Under the pieces are notes generated by a model. The model searched no databases and had not been told where the DNA came from. It saw nothing but the letters and a program-made list of their open reading frames with translations. From positions 5,582 to 69,581 of the forward strand of contig JAHJSH010000035.1 in NCBI GenBank assembly GCA_018830525.1: a DNA stretch of 64,000 nt, read 5' to 3'. The translations under genes and the position numbers were made by a program. This DNA comes from Nanobdellota archaeon. Its GTDB lineage: Archaea; Nanobdellota; Nanobdellia; Pacearchaeales; GW2011-AR1. The first letter of the stretch is position 1, and the number at the start of each line of letters is the position of its first letter. Shown here piece after piece: positions 33,381 to 41,583 of this stretch.

Positions 33381-34826
33381 ATGGAACAATTTGAAAAATT
33401 GGGTCTATGTGAACATGTACTGAAAGTAATTTCAGCTAAGAAGTTTACTGAGCCCTCAGAGATTCAGAAGAAAACGATACCGTTAATTCTTGAAGGAAAG
33501 GATGTTATAGCTGGCTCAGCGACGGGTTCTGGAAAGACTTTGGCTTTTGGTTCTGGGATGATTAAGAATATTGTGAAAGGAAAAGGTGTTCAGGGTTTGA
33601 TTTTGACTCCGACTCGAGAATTGGCTGAACAAGTTTCTTGTGCCTTAGGAGAGTTTGCTTATCATAGGGGATTGGAGATTACAGCAGTATATGGTGGGGT
33701 TGCTATGGGGAACCAAGTTAAGAAATTGACTTATGCCGATATTGTTGTTGCGACTCCTGGTCGTTTGCTTGATCATATGCAACATAATTCTATTGATTTG
33801 TCTAAGGTTGATTATTTGGTTTTGGATGAGGCTGATCGAATGTGGGATATGGGATTCAAAGAAGATGTAGGGAAAATTGTTCAGGCATGTCCGAAAAATC
33901 GACAGACACTTTTATTCTCGGCTACAATTACCAGAGATTTGGCAGATTTTGCTGGGAAATATATGAAGTCTCCTGTGGAAGTTCAAGTAGAGAATTATGT
34001 TGATGCGTCTAAGTTGAAACAAATTTATTATGATGTTCGGGACGATGGGAAATTTTCTTTGCTCGTTCATTTGTTGAAATATGAGGATGCGCATTTGGTT
34101 ATGATTTTTTGTAATACTCGAAGGAATGTAGACTTTGTTGTGAAGAATTTGGAACTTAATGGTGTTAATGCTCAGGCGATTCATGGGGGGATGGAGCAGA
34201 ATAAACGGACTCGAGTTTTGAAGGGTTTTGATACCTTTTCAGGGCACAAGAACCTCTCACGAGGTAATGCGAAGGTTAATACCCTCGCAGATAAAAGTAA
34301 ATTGGCTGGGGCATGCTATGTTTTGGTTTGTACAGATGTTGCGGCGCGAGGTTTGGATATTCAGGGTGTTTCTCATGTTTACAATTATGATTTGCCTAAA
34401 GACCATAAGGATTATATCCATAGAATTGGGCGGACTGCTAGGGCGGGTGCTGAAGGGATTGCGGTGAATATTTTGGCGAGTCGGGATTATGATGCTTTTG
34501 GTAATATTCAGAGGCATAATACTTCATTAGTTATTAGGCGAATTGATACTCCGCGATTTGAAAATATTTTTGTTAAGTTTGATTCTCCAAGGGGTGGAGG
34601 ATTTCATGGCCGTGCTGCACGAGGTGGAAGGGATAGTCGAGGTCCAAGAAGGGATGATTTTAGAGGTCCTAGAAGAAGCTTAGGTAGTTCTGGTCCTAGG
34701 AGAAGTTCTCCAGATGGTCGGGGAAGAGAGCAAGGGGGCGATAGAAATAAGCGTTCAAGTTCAAGTTCTAGAAGTGGGTTTAGGGGTGGTGGTCGTGGGA
34801 TCAGACAGAGAAGGGACAGACATTAG
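33381..34826 (+). CDS. DEAD-box ATP-dependent RNA helicase with RGG/RS-rich tail
   Basis: Q-motif region, AGSATGSGKT, PTRELA, DEAD, SAT, HRIGRTARAG. Start set at Met29 (ATG 33381). Confidence 0.9.
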   Translation: MEQFEKLGLCEHVLKVISAKKFTEPSEIQKKTIPLILEGKDVIAGSATGSGKTLAFGSGMIKNIVKGKGVQGLILTPTRELAEQVSCALGEFAYHRGLEITAVYGGVAMGNQVKKLTYADIVVATPGRLLDHMQHNSIDLSKVDYLVLDEADRMWDMGFKEDVGKIVQACPKNRQTLLFSATITRDLADFAGKYMKSPVEVQVENYVDASKLKQIYYDVRDDGKFSLLVHLLKYEDAHLVMIFCNTRRNVDFVVKNLELNGVNAQAIHGGMEQNKRTRVLKGFDTFSGHKNLSRGNAKVNTLADKSKLAGACYVLVCTDVAARGLDIQGVSHVYNYDLPKDHKDYIHRIGRTARAGAEGIAVNILASRDYDAFGNIQRHNTSLVIRRIDTPRFENIFVKFDSPRGGGFHGRAARGGRDSRGPRRDDFRGPRRSLGSSGPRRSSPDGRGREQGGDRNKRSSSSSRSGFRGGGRGIRQRRDRH

Positions 34827-35242
34827 ATTTTTTCTTCAAGTTTTGTGATTAGCTTGGAGTAGTTGATTCCGGACAATACACCATAATAATTGAAGAATTC
34901 TTTACCATCATCTGTGACTCCATTAAGTCGGATAGTGTAATTTTGAATGTTTGGGAGTTTTTCTAGTTCTTTTAATGCATAATGTAGAAATGAACTTCCG
35001 AAATCTTTTCTTTGTTCTAATACTTTGTCATTAACTTCGATCTCATGAATCCAAAGGGCTTTTGCAGATTCTACAACTTGGATTGCGATGAATCCGGCTT
35101 CTCCGGAGGGTATTGAGAAGTGATAAGTTTCGTAATGTTCGTGAGGATGTTGTTTGTTGAATTTGGTCATGTCACGTCCGAGAAAGGGGATAGTTGCATC
35201 TTGGGTCACCTCGAATTCGAGTCCATTGTGGGTGCATCCCAT
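34823..35242 (-). CDS. possible GNAT-family acetyltransferase
   Basis: 139 aa. ...IHEIEVNDKVLEQRKDFGSSFLHYAL... resembles GNAT motif A. Weak call. Confidence 0.4.
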   Translation of the reverse strand: MGCTHNGLEFEVTQDATIPFLGRDMTKFNKQHPHEHYETYHFSIPSGEAGFIAIQVVESAKALWIHEIEVNDKVLEQRKDFGSSFLHYALKELEKLPNIQNYTIRLNGVTDDGKEFFNYYGVLSGINYSKLITKLEEKI

Positions 35243-35284
35243 GAGAATTTATTCTTACTCGGAGTTATAAGGTTTTCTGTAGAA

Positions 35285-35560
35285 TTAATTTATTAATCTG
35301 TTGTACAATAATGCGAAGACCCAAGTTAGAATGAAGATGTCGATGAAGATGTAGATTGCGCCGAGAGCGGATCCGAGATATGTTGTTGTGTAACCCATTC
35401 TTCCATAGATCTCTGAGATTAAGGAAACTAAAATTGGGAATCCGCCGAAGATGTTTGTGATTGTAGCGAGGCTTGCTAAAAGAACAATCGCTGCAAAAAT
35501 TGTCGCCGCGGCTAGCGCGAACTTAACTGCATTGATTCTAGAATATCCCTCTTTTACCAT
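35285..35560 (-). CDS. small membrane protein
   Basis: 91 aa with three TM helices. Confidence 0.5.
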   Translation of the reverse strand: MVKEGYSRINAVKFALAAATIFAAIVLLASLATITNIFGGFPILVSLISEIYGRMGYTTTYLGSALGAIYIFIDIFILTWVFALLYNRLIN

Positions 35561-35620
35561 GACTTAGTAAGGTGAGGAGGGTTTTTATAAGTTTTTAAAG
35601 TGTTTTTGCTTAATTGTTTT

Positions 35621-36124
35621 ATGGAATTTAATATTGATTGGAAAGGTCAGAAGTATTTGATGGAATGGTTAGATGATGTTGATTTTGAGAGCTTAGAGAA
35701 TGTTGTTCAAGCATATGGATTCATTTTTGACAAAAATGGAAAGCTATGTATAATTAATTGTACGGGAAATTGGTGTTTACCTGGGGGAACTATTGAGGAT
35801 TATGACAATAATTTTGAAGATACCTTAATTCGAGAGGTTAATGAGGAAGCAGATTTAGATATTGAGAATATTAAGCGAGTTGGTTGTTTCAAATGCACAT
35901 CGTTGAGTGATAATTGTGAGAGAAAGGGTGTTCACCATATTCTTAGGTATGTTGCGGATGTGGATAATATAAAAGAACAAACTGAAGATCCCGCTATTGG
36001 GAAGATCCCAGAGAGGAAATTTATTGATACTGAAGATTTTTTGAAATTTGTTCCTTGGGGAGATAGTGGGGCGTTTCAATTGAAGAAAGCTTTGGAGGTT
36101 TTGAATGGGAAAGAAAGAATTTGA
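35621..36124 (+). CDS. NUDIX hydrolase
   Basis: NUDIX box LPGGTIEDYDNNFEDTLIREVNEEADL. ATG 35621 lies about 28 nt downstream of TTTTTATAAG. The track start is a GTG. Confidence 0.75.
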   Translation: MEFNIDWKGQKYLMEWLDDVDFESLENVVQAYGFIFDKNGKLCIINCTGNWCLPGGTIEDYDNNFEDTLIREVNEEADLDIENIKRVGCFKCTSLSDNCERKGVHHILRYVADVDNIKEQTEDPAIGKIPERKFIDTEDFLKFVPWGDSGAFQLKKALEVLNGKERI

Positions 36125-36569
36125 TTATTATATCTTTATTGATTATTCTGATAACTTGATTGGATATATTATCTTAAGTAGGGAGCAGATTAAAGACTGC
36201 GTTCTTAAGACTTCTAAACTAAAGCACTATAAAGAATTAAAGCAGAAAAAATTGTATCTTAAGTCAATGAAAAATTTATTTAAAAGGAACAAGGTTTTAG
36301 AATGTCTTTGTAAACATAAGATTACTGAATTAAGACAAAATATAGAATTGTGTTCTGAAGTTTTTGAGTTCTGTAAGGATAAATCTGAGTCAAATATATT
36401 TATCTCTGTTGATGATAGGCAATATAAGGGATTTATAAAATTAATTGAGATTCTTGATGGAAAAAGATTTACAATTGTTAAAGAGGGTAAGTTAAAGAAG
36501 AATTCAGTAGAGCACAGGTTAAGCTTGATAGTTGATACCTTATTAAATCTAAAAAGGACAAGAAAATGA
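36105..36569 (+). CDS. hypothetical protein
   Basis: 154 aa, overlaps the NUDIX gene by 20 nt. Acidic motifs IFIDYS and ISVDD. No family recognised. Confidence 0.45.
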   Translation: MGKKEFDYYIFIDYSDNLIGYIILSREQIKDCVLKTSKLKHYKELKQKKLYLKSMKNLFKRNKVLECLCKHKITELRQNIELCSEVFEFCKDKSESNIFISVDDRQYKGFIKLIEILDGKRFTIVKEGKLKKNSVEHRLSLIVDTLLNLKRTRK

Positions 36570-36692
36570 ATAGGGTAAGTGCATCCGTCAAACCTACTAA
36601 CCACGTCAAGCGTGGGATTCGTCAGGTTGCGTTTCCCTATGATAATTATACCCAAACGCACAATTTAAATGTTTCGGTTACATGGGAGAGTT

Positions 36693-37730
36693 ATGGTAAG
36701 AGTTAGATATTCATTCGGGTCACGGCATACTGGGCACATTACTAATATTAAGAAGCAGCGGGGAAAGTATCCTGATGTTATGAAAGATGTTGTTCGTATT
36801 TCGGATATCATTCTTGAGATTTTAGATGCGAGGTATATTGAGGAAACGCGGAACATGGAAGTGGAGGAAGATATTTTGTCCTCAAAGGATGACCTTGGTA
36901 GGCCTAAAAAGGTATTAATATATGTTTTTAATAAGGTCGATTTGGTTGATAGGAAAGAGTTGGAGAAGCAGATTCCGAGTTGGATGAAGCCTTATGTTTT
37001 TATTTCGGCGACTGAGAAGATTGGATTGAGGGACATTACGGCTAGAATTAAGATGGAGGCTAAGAGGATTCTAAAACAAAGGCTAGGTGGTGAGATTGAG
37101 ATTAAGGAAGATAAGGGTAGATTCAATAAGATTGAGGATAAGAAGGCGCGGGATGCTAAGGCAAAGGCGACTTATGGGGATGTTGTTAAGGATATGGAAT
37201 CTAAGAAGCGGATTCATGTGGGGGTTATTGGTTATCCGAATGCGGGAAAGTCGTCGGTGATTAATTTTATTACGCATCGGGCTGCGGCTAAGACGGCGAA
37301 GCAGGCGGGTTTTACTAAAGGGATGCAGAAGATTCGGATGTCTGATGATATTTTGATTCTTGATACGCCAGGGGTTATTCCGGCGAGTAAGTATTCGACT
37401 GAGAGCAAGAGTTTTGCGCAGGATGTTAAGGTTGGTGGGCGGACTTATAGTAATGTTAAGGATCCTGAGGACGTTGTTTATTATTTGATGGTTGCGCCTG
37501 ATCCGAAGGACGCGGATAATGTTACTGATAAAGAGAAGAATGCGATTAAGGATGCAGAGGTTAATGCTAAGAAGATTGAGGATTTCTATGGGTTTGAAGG
37601 TTTGAATGTTGAGGAGTTTATTGAATCGTTGGGGAAGAAGAAAGGATTTTTGGGGAAGGGGGGCAAGGTTGATGTTGATAGGAGTGCTAGGGTGGTGTTG
37701 AGGGATTGGCAAGAAGGACGGATAAAATGA
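36693..37730 (+). CDS. circularly permuted GTPase (YlqF/YawG-type)
   Basis: G4 FNKVDL precedes G1 GYPNAGKSS and G3 DTPG. Start set at ATG 36693, about 25 nt after ATTTAAAT. Start uncertain. Confidence 0.7.
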   Translation: MVRVRYSFGSRHTGHITNIKKQRGKYPDVMKDVVRISDIILEILDARYIEETRNMEVEEDILSSKDDLGRPKKVLIYVFNKVDLVDRKELEKQIPSWMKPYVFISATEKIGLRDITARIKMEAKRILKQRLGGEIEIKEDKGRFNKIEDKKARDAKAKATYGDVVKDMESKKRIHVGVIGYPNAGKSSVINFITHRAAAKTAKQAGFTKGMQKIRMSDDILILDTPGVIPASKYSTESKSFAQDVKVGGRTYSNVKDPEDVVYYLMVAPDPKDADNVTDKEKNAIKDAEVNAKKIEDFYGFEGLNVEEFIESLGKKKGFLGKGGKVDVDRSARVVLRDWQEGRIK

Positions 37731-37764
37731 GAATATTTAAAAACCTATTACCCTTAAAGTAATT

Positions 37765-37941
37765 ATGAGTATTAATTCTTTGGATGATGGATTAGAAGGA
37801 AAGTGGGTTATACTTCTTAATGAACATATTATAGATTCAGGAGAGAATATAAAAGAATTAGTTGAGAGAGCAAAAAAATTGTATCCTGATAAAAAATTAA
37901 CTCTTGCAAAAGTTCCTACCAAAGAATCTATGATTTATTAA
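37765..37941 (+). CDS. DUF5678-like small protein (58 aa, below the ORF-track cutoff)
   Basis: MSINSLDDGLEGKWVILLNEHIIDSGENIKELVERAKKLYPDKKLTLAKVP... Stop TAA lies 1 nt before the next ATG. Paralog of 38876..39115. Confidence 0.5.
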   Translation: MSINSLDDGLEGKWVILLNEHIIDSGENIKELVERAKKLYPDKKLTLAKVPTKESMIY

Positions 37942-37942
37942 A

Positions 37943-38371
37943 ATGGTTCTCTCTTTTAGATATCATGTTATCCCCGATGTAACAAATGGGGAGAAAAAAC
38001 CCACAATTCCTGTTGAGTTTAAATTAGAATCGGGAGGATATATTGAAGTAATGTGCTTAGTCGATTCAGGATCTGATGTAGTAGTATTGCCAAAAGGAAT
38101 TGCAGAATTACTCAATCTTAATTTGGGAGAAGAATCAAATTCATTGGGGATTGGTGGAGAAGTTCCAGTAAGACTTAGCAGGGCATCTTTTAGGATAAAA
38201 AAAGAGCATGGATACCATACTCTAACAGTTCCTGTTGAAGTTTTTAATACAGATAACATTCCAGTCTTATTGGGCAGACAGGGTTTTTTTGATAAGTTTA
38301 AGGTTACTATTGATGAACGGGATAAAAAGGTAATACTAAAAGAACATAGTTCTCGAATTTCTAGCAGATAA
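37943..38371 (+). CDS. retropepsin-like aspartic protease
   Basis: Active-site context VMCLVDSGSDVVVLP and a later ILGR-type flap region (VLLGRQGFF). Confidence 0.65.
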   Translation: MVLSFRYHVIPDVTNGEKKPTIPVEFKLESGGYIEVMCLVDSGSDVVVLPKGIAELLNLNLGEESNSLGIGGEVPVRLSRASFRIKKEHGYHTLTVPVEVFNTDNIPVLLGRQGFFDKFKVTIDERDKKVILKEHSSRISSR

Positions 38372-38439
38372 AAGAATTAATTCTAAGTTACACGAGTGAA
38401 GCGATGATGGGGTGGGAAAAGGGTTATAGGGGGGAAGAA

Positions 38440-38873
38440 TTAGTCTTCTTTTTCAAGATATGCTTCTTTTTTGTCTGGGTCAAAAACAAATTTTAGTTTA
38501 TTATTGATTAAGAAGTCAACACCCAGAATACTGGGGCTTGGAGAACTACAGGTGCCACCTATTGGATCAGAGCAAATTATTACCTCTGTGTTTATTACGA
38601 GTCCACTAATTCTAATTTTTGCGTCTTTTAATATTTTGGCATTCATTTGTGAGCCTCCTATATGTAGCGGTTCTCTTGAGGGAAAGTCTGCTAACCTTAG
38701 CCTAGATATCCTCTTTGTAGCTATGTCGTCATAGCCGATTATAGTTGTAGGACTTCCACTGTCTACTATCGCTTTAACTATTCCATTAAGATTAATTTCA
38801 TCAGCCCTTATAAAAAATTAGCAACTGGCCTTAGTCCTTCCGCAAAATCGTGAACTTTAAGTGGAATCCTCAT
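38440..38873 (-). pseudogene. retropepsin-like aspartic protease interrupted by a -1 frameshift (or programmed frameshift)
   Basis: ATG 38873 gives MRIPLKVHDFAEGLRPVANFL-stop. The -1 frame continues IRADEINLNGIVKAIVDSGSPTTIIG... to the stop at 38440. The junction is AAT TTT TTA TAA (A-run 38812-38817 on the plus strand). Confidence 0.55.
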
Positions 38874-38875
38874 TG

Positions 38876-39115
38876 TCAGAATAATATTGTGGTTCCTTCA
38901 GGATAAACGAATTCTATAAACATGAATTGTGAATCTTCCCCCTTGCTTTCCAGTATCTCTACAACTTTATTGATATCTTTATCAAAAGCTATAGGCCTTT
39001 CATCCTTTATAGCAACGAATTTCCCAGTTAAACTTTCTTCCCTTAATTTATTAATATTACCATAGAACCATTCGCTATTTTTTTCAAATTCATCAAAAGC
39101 TTGAGAACTATCCAT
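38876..39115 (-). CDS. DUF5678-like small protein
   Basis: ...LTGKFVAIKDERPIAFDKDINKVVEILESKG... Stop TGA lies 2 nt before the protease ATG. Confidence 0.55.
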   Translation of the reverse strand: MDSSQAFDEFEKNSEWFYGNINKLREESLTGKFVAIKDERPIAFDKDINKVVEILESKGEDSQFMFIEFVYPEGTTILF

Positions 39116-39229
39116 GGTTTCTTTATACTAATATTATTTATAAATGTTTACTCTCACAAGTTACACAAGAACCCCCCCGGCAAGTCAACCCAAGAAACAT
39201 TTTATAAAGTTACAAAACTTATTAATTAT

Positions 39230-39700
39230 ATGAAGGTGAATTGGCTTTTGCTGATTGGTTTTATTGTTGCGTGTAACTTGATTGGTGCTCTTGGTGCCAT
39301 ATGGACTTCTTCTGACAGTTCTTGGTATAAGGGAATTAATAAGCCGAGTTTTAATCCGCCGAGTTGGATTTTTGGGCCGGTTTGGACTTTGTTATTTACG
39401 TTGATGGGGATTGCGTTGTATCTTGTTTGGGTTGCACCTTCGTCTAAGATAAGAACTATTGCATTGGTTATATTCGGAATTCATTTTGTCTTGAATGTTC
39501 TATGGAGTTATTTATTTTTTGGTGCGAATAATCCTTTAGCCTCACTTATAGAAATATTTGTTTTGTTGGTGTTTATCGTTGCTACTGGAATTTATTTTTA
39601 CATGATTAATCGTTTTGCAGGATATTTATTCATTCCTTATTTTCTCTGGGTTGCTTTTGCTAGTTTTTTGAATTATTCTATTTGGAATTTGAATAAGTAG
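39230..39700 (+). CDS. tspO: TspO/MBR tryptophan-rich sensory protein
   Basis: WY..L.KPSFNPPSWIFGPVWT.LY..MG signature and 5 TM helices. ATG 39230 lies about 25 nt after TTTTATAAAG. Confidence 0.85.
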   Translation: MKVNWLLLIGFIVACNLIGALGAIWTSSDSSWYKGINKPSFNPPSWIFGPVWTLLFTLMGIALYLVWVAPSSKIRTIALVIFGIHFVLNVLWSYLFFGANNPLASLIEIFVLLVFIVATGIYFYMINRFAGYLFIPYFLWVAFASFLNYSIWNLNK

Positions 39701-39701
39701 G

Positions 39702-40727
39702 TTATAATGATGGTTGGGGGCCAAATTCTCTCCATTCAACCTTGAAATCCATGAAGTCTATTTCTGCAAATCGGTTGTAATTTCTTTTTCCTTTATCTAT
39801 TAAATGTTTGAAAATTTCCATTACTTGAATATTCGCGACTGCTCCTGCAATTGGCCCAAGACTCCCAGTTTGTTCTATGTCTTTAATCATTTCAAATCCC
39901 TTTAGAGGATCGTTTTCTTTTTGGAATCTTAGGAAATCTTCAAACTTTGCAGTTTTCCCTGGCATGATTATTGGACCCACCATCCCAAGATGCATATTGT
40001 ATCCCCCAGCAACACAATAAGGAACATTATATTTTGTCGCAAAAGTATCTATGATTTTAGTGGTTTCATGAATTGAAGGGTTATCTGCACAATTCACTAA
40101 GAAATCCACTCCTTTTACTAAGGGAGTTAAATCTTGGCTTTCTGAGACCCAATTCTTATAAGAGTTTATATTTGCATTAGGAAGTTTTTCTTTCATGACA
40201 TCCACCTTATATTTTCCAATATCTCCTTCGTTAAAGAAAAGTTGTCTATTCAAATTGGATTCTTGGACTACATCTAGATCAGCTATATTTATTGTTCCAA
40301 TACCTATTTGATAAAGGCCGTTAACCATCCAAGTTCCAATTCCCCCAACCCCGAAAACACTGACTTTTGATGTTTGTAATTTTTTCTGAAGTTTTAGGGT
40401 TTCATCCCAGCTATCAGTTAATTCATCTATAAATGATATTTGTCTTGCAAATCTTTGATTGGTATATTCGTTGTAAGTTCTCACAATTCCTTCTTTTTCT
40501 AGGGCACTGAGACAAACCGAAATATTTTTTGAGTCAAACTTTGATTCGAGATTTTTAATAACTTGGCTTCTATTCGATTCATCTTTTAATTCGTCAATTA
40601 ATCCTTTTACTAAACCATCCACATTATATGTTTTAATCTTACGAGTGTTCGTAAAAACCACATGGTATTTATCTTCAGTTTCTTTTAGAATATATGCAGA
40701 TTCTCTTAGCCTTAATTTTTCTTGCAT
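39702..40727 (-). CDS. ThiF/MoeB/E1-like adenylyltransferase with about 100-aa N-terminal extension
   Basis: VFGVGGIGTWMV (GxGxxG), DLDVVQESNLNRQ, NCADN. No CxxC zinc motifs. Overlaps the upstream gene by 16 nt. Confidence 0.8.
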   Translation of the reverse strand: MQEKLRLRESAYILKETEDKYHVVFTNTRKIKTYNVDGLVKGLIDELKDESNRSQVIKNLESKFDSKNISVCLSALEKEGIVRTYNEYTNQRFARQISFIDELTDSWDETLKLQKKLQTSKVSVFGVGGIGTWMVNGLYQIGIGTINIADLDVVQESNLNRQLFFNEGDIGKYKVDVMKEKLPNANINSYKNWVSESQDLTPLVKGVDFLVNCADNPSIHETTKIIDTFATKYNVPYCVAGGYNMHLGMVGPIIMPGKTAKFEDFLRFQKENDPLKGFEMIKDIEQTGSLGPIAGAVANIQVMEIFKHLIDKGKRNYNRFAEIDFMDFKVEWREFGPQPSL

Positions 40728-41308
40728 ACAGAAACCTCGGAAAATTTAATGAATCCGTCTTCTGGAGGGCCCAGAATAAGATCACCACTTTTATCCGTAG
40801 GAATTATAAGTAAATATTCTGGAAAATCTCTCAAAGGGCTTTCTTTTCTCAAGTGCCATGAACCAGTAATTACTAAAATAGGTTTTTTGGAAATATTAAA
40901 ATATTTTTGAATTTTATTTTTTTGAGTTTGTTCTCTTTTTTCTTGGAGAGATGCTATTTCTTGAATTTCTTTTTCAGAAGGTTCTTTTTCACCCTTAACA
41001 ATTTTTTGAAGATCTTCCCCTAGTCCAAAATTTTTTAAGTCTATTCCAATAAGTTTGATATTCTTTGATTTACATAAATGAATAATATTTTCTACTTCTT
41101 CAAAAGAGGTCATATTAGAAACTAATTTAGAATTTAATAGTGATTCAAAATCTTCTTTATCTAATAGTTCTAGGTCGTTTAATTGTTCATATAAAACATA
41201 CTCTGGACTAAATCTTTCTATTAGTTCTTTCTGTTTTTCAAAGTCGTTTATGAAGCCGTGGGTGTCACCTAAGAAAATTAGCTTCAATTCATTAGAATTT
41301 GTTGCCAT
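40712..41308 (-). CDS. Tiki/TraB/ChaN-superfamily-like protein (putative metalloprotease)
   Basis: LIFLGDTHG ... EYVLYEQL ... VITGSWHL fits the GxxH...E...GxxH pattern recalled for this superfamily. The gene call is solid; the function is tentative. Confidence 0.45.
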   Translation of the reverse strand: MATNSNELKLIFLGDTHGFINDFEKQKELIERFSPEYVLYEQLNDLELLDKEDFESLLNSKLVSNMTSFEEVENIIHLCKSKNIKLIGIDLKNFGLGEDLQKIVKGEKEPSEKEIQEIASLQEKREQTQKNKIQKYFNISKKPILVITGSWHLRKESPLRDFPEYLLIIPTDKSGDLILGPPEDGFIKFSEVSVCKKN

Positions 41309-41443
41309 TTACATCCAATACATTATACTTGTTCCGCCTTGATAGTCTTGGGAAGAAACGAGTTGTAAACCTTCATAAGAAGATTCTTGCGTTCCAACCT
41401 TAGATATCTTGCTTTCGCCTACGGAGGATTCTAAAGATTCCAT
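41309..41443 (-). CDS. 44-aa Gly-Gly peptide, candidate precursor/substrate (below the ORF-track cutoff)
   Basis: MESLESSVGESKISKVGTQESSYEGLQLVSSQDYQGGTSIMYWM. Its TAA directly abuts the next ATG (TAAATG). CTTATATAT lies about 25 nt upstream of ATG 41443. Confidence 0.45.
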   Translation of the reverse strand: MESLESSVGESKISKVGTQESSYEGLQLVSSQDYQGGTSIMYWM

Positions 41444-41583
41444 GATTTTTAAGGGAATCTTAGATATATAAGGATTTCGTAGATAGTATAGATAATTTAT
41501 CTTAATCCAACACCTAAATATATCATTACTATCAAGTAGTGCAAAACACGAAGTCTTATATAGGCACTTTTCGAATTTTTATT

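Noticed and set aside
36570-36660. Locally GC-rich stretch with a ccacg-tcaag-cgtgg hairpin between two plus-strand genes, considered as a small RNA or C/D-box sRNA.
   Set aside because: No C/D boxes or closing stem could be identified by eye. It needs a covariance scan before any claim.
37083-37712. 209-aa minus-strand ORF antisense to the circularly permuted GTPase.
   Set aside because: Same reasoning. The product is N/I/L/R-rich and low-complexity, and it overlaps a gene with G4-G1-G3 motifs.
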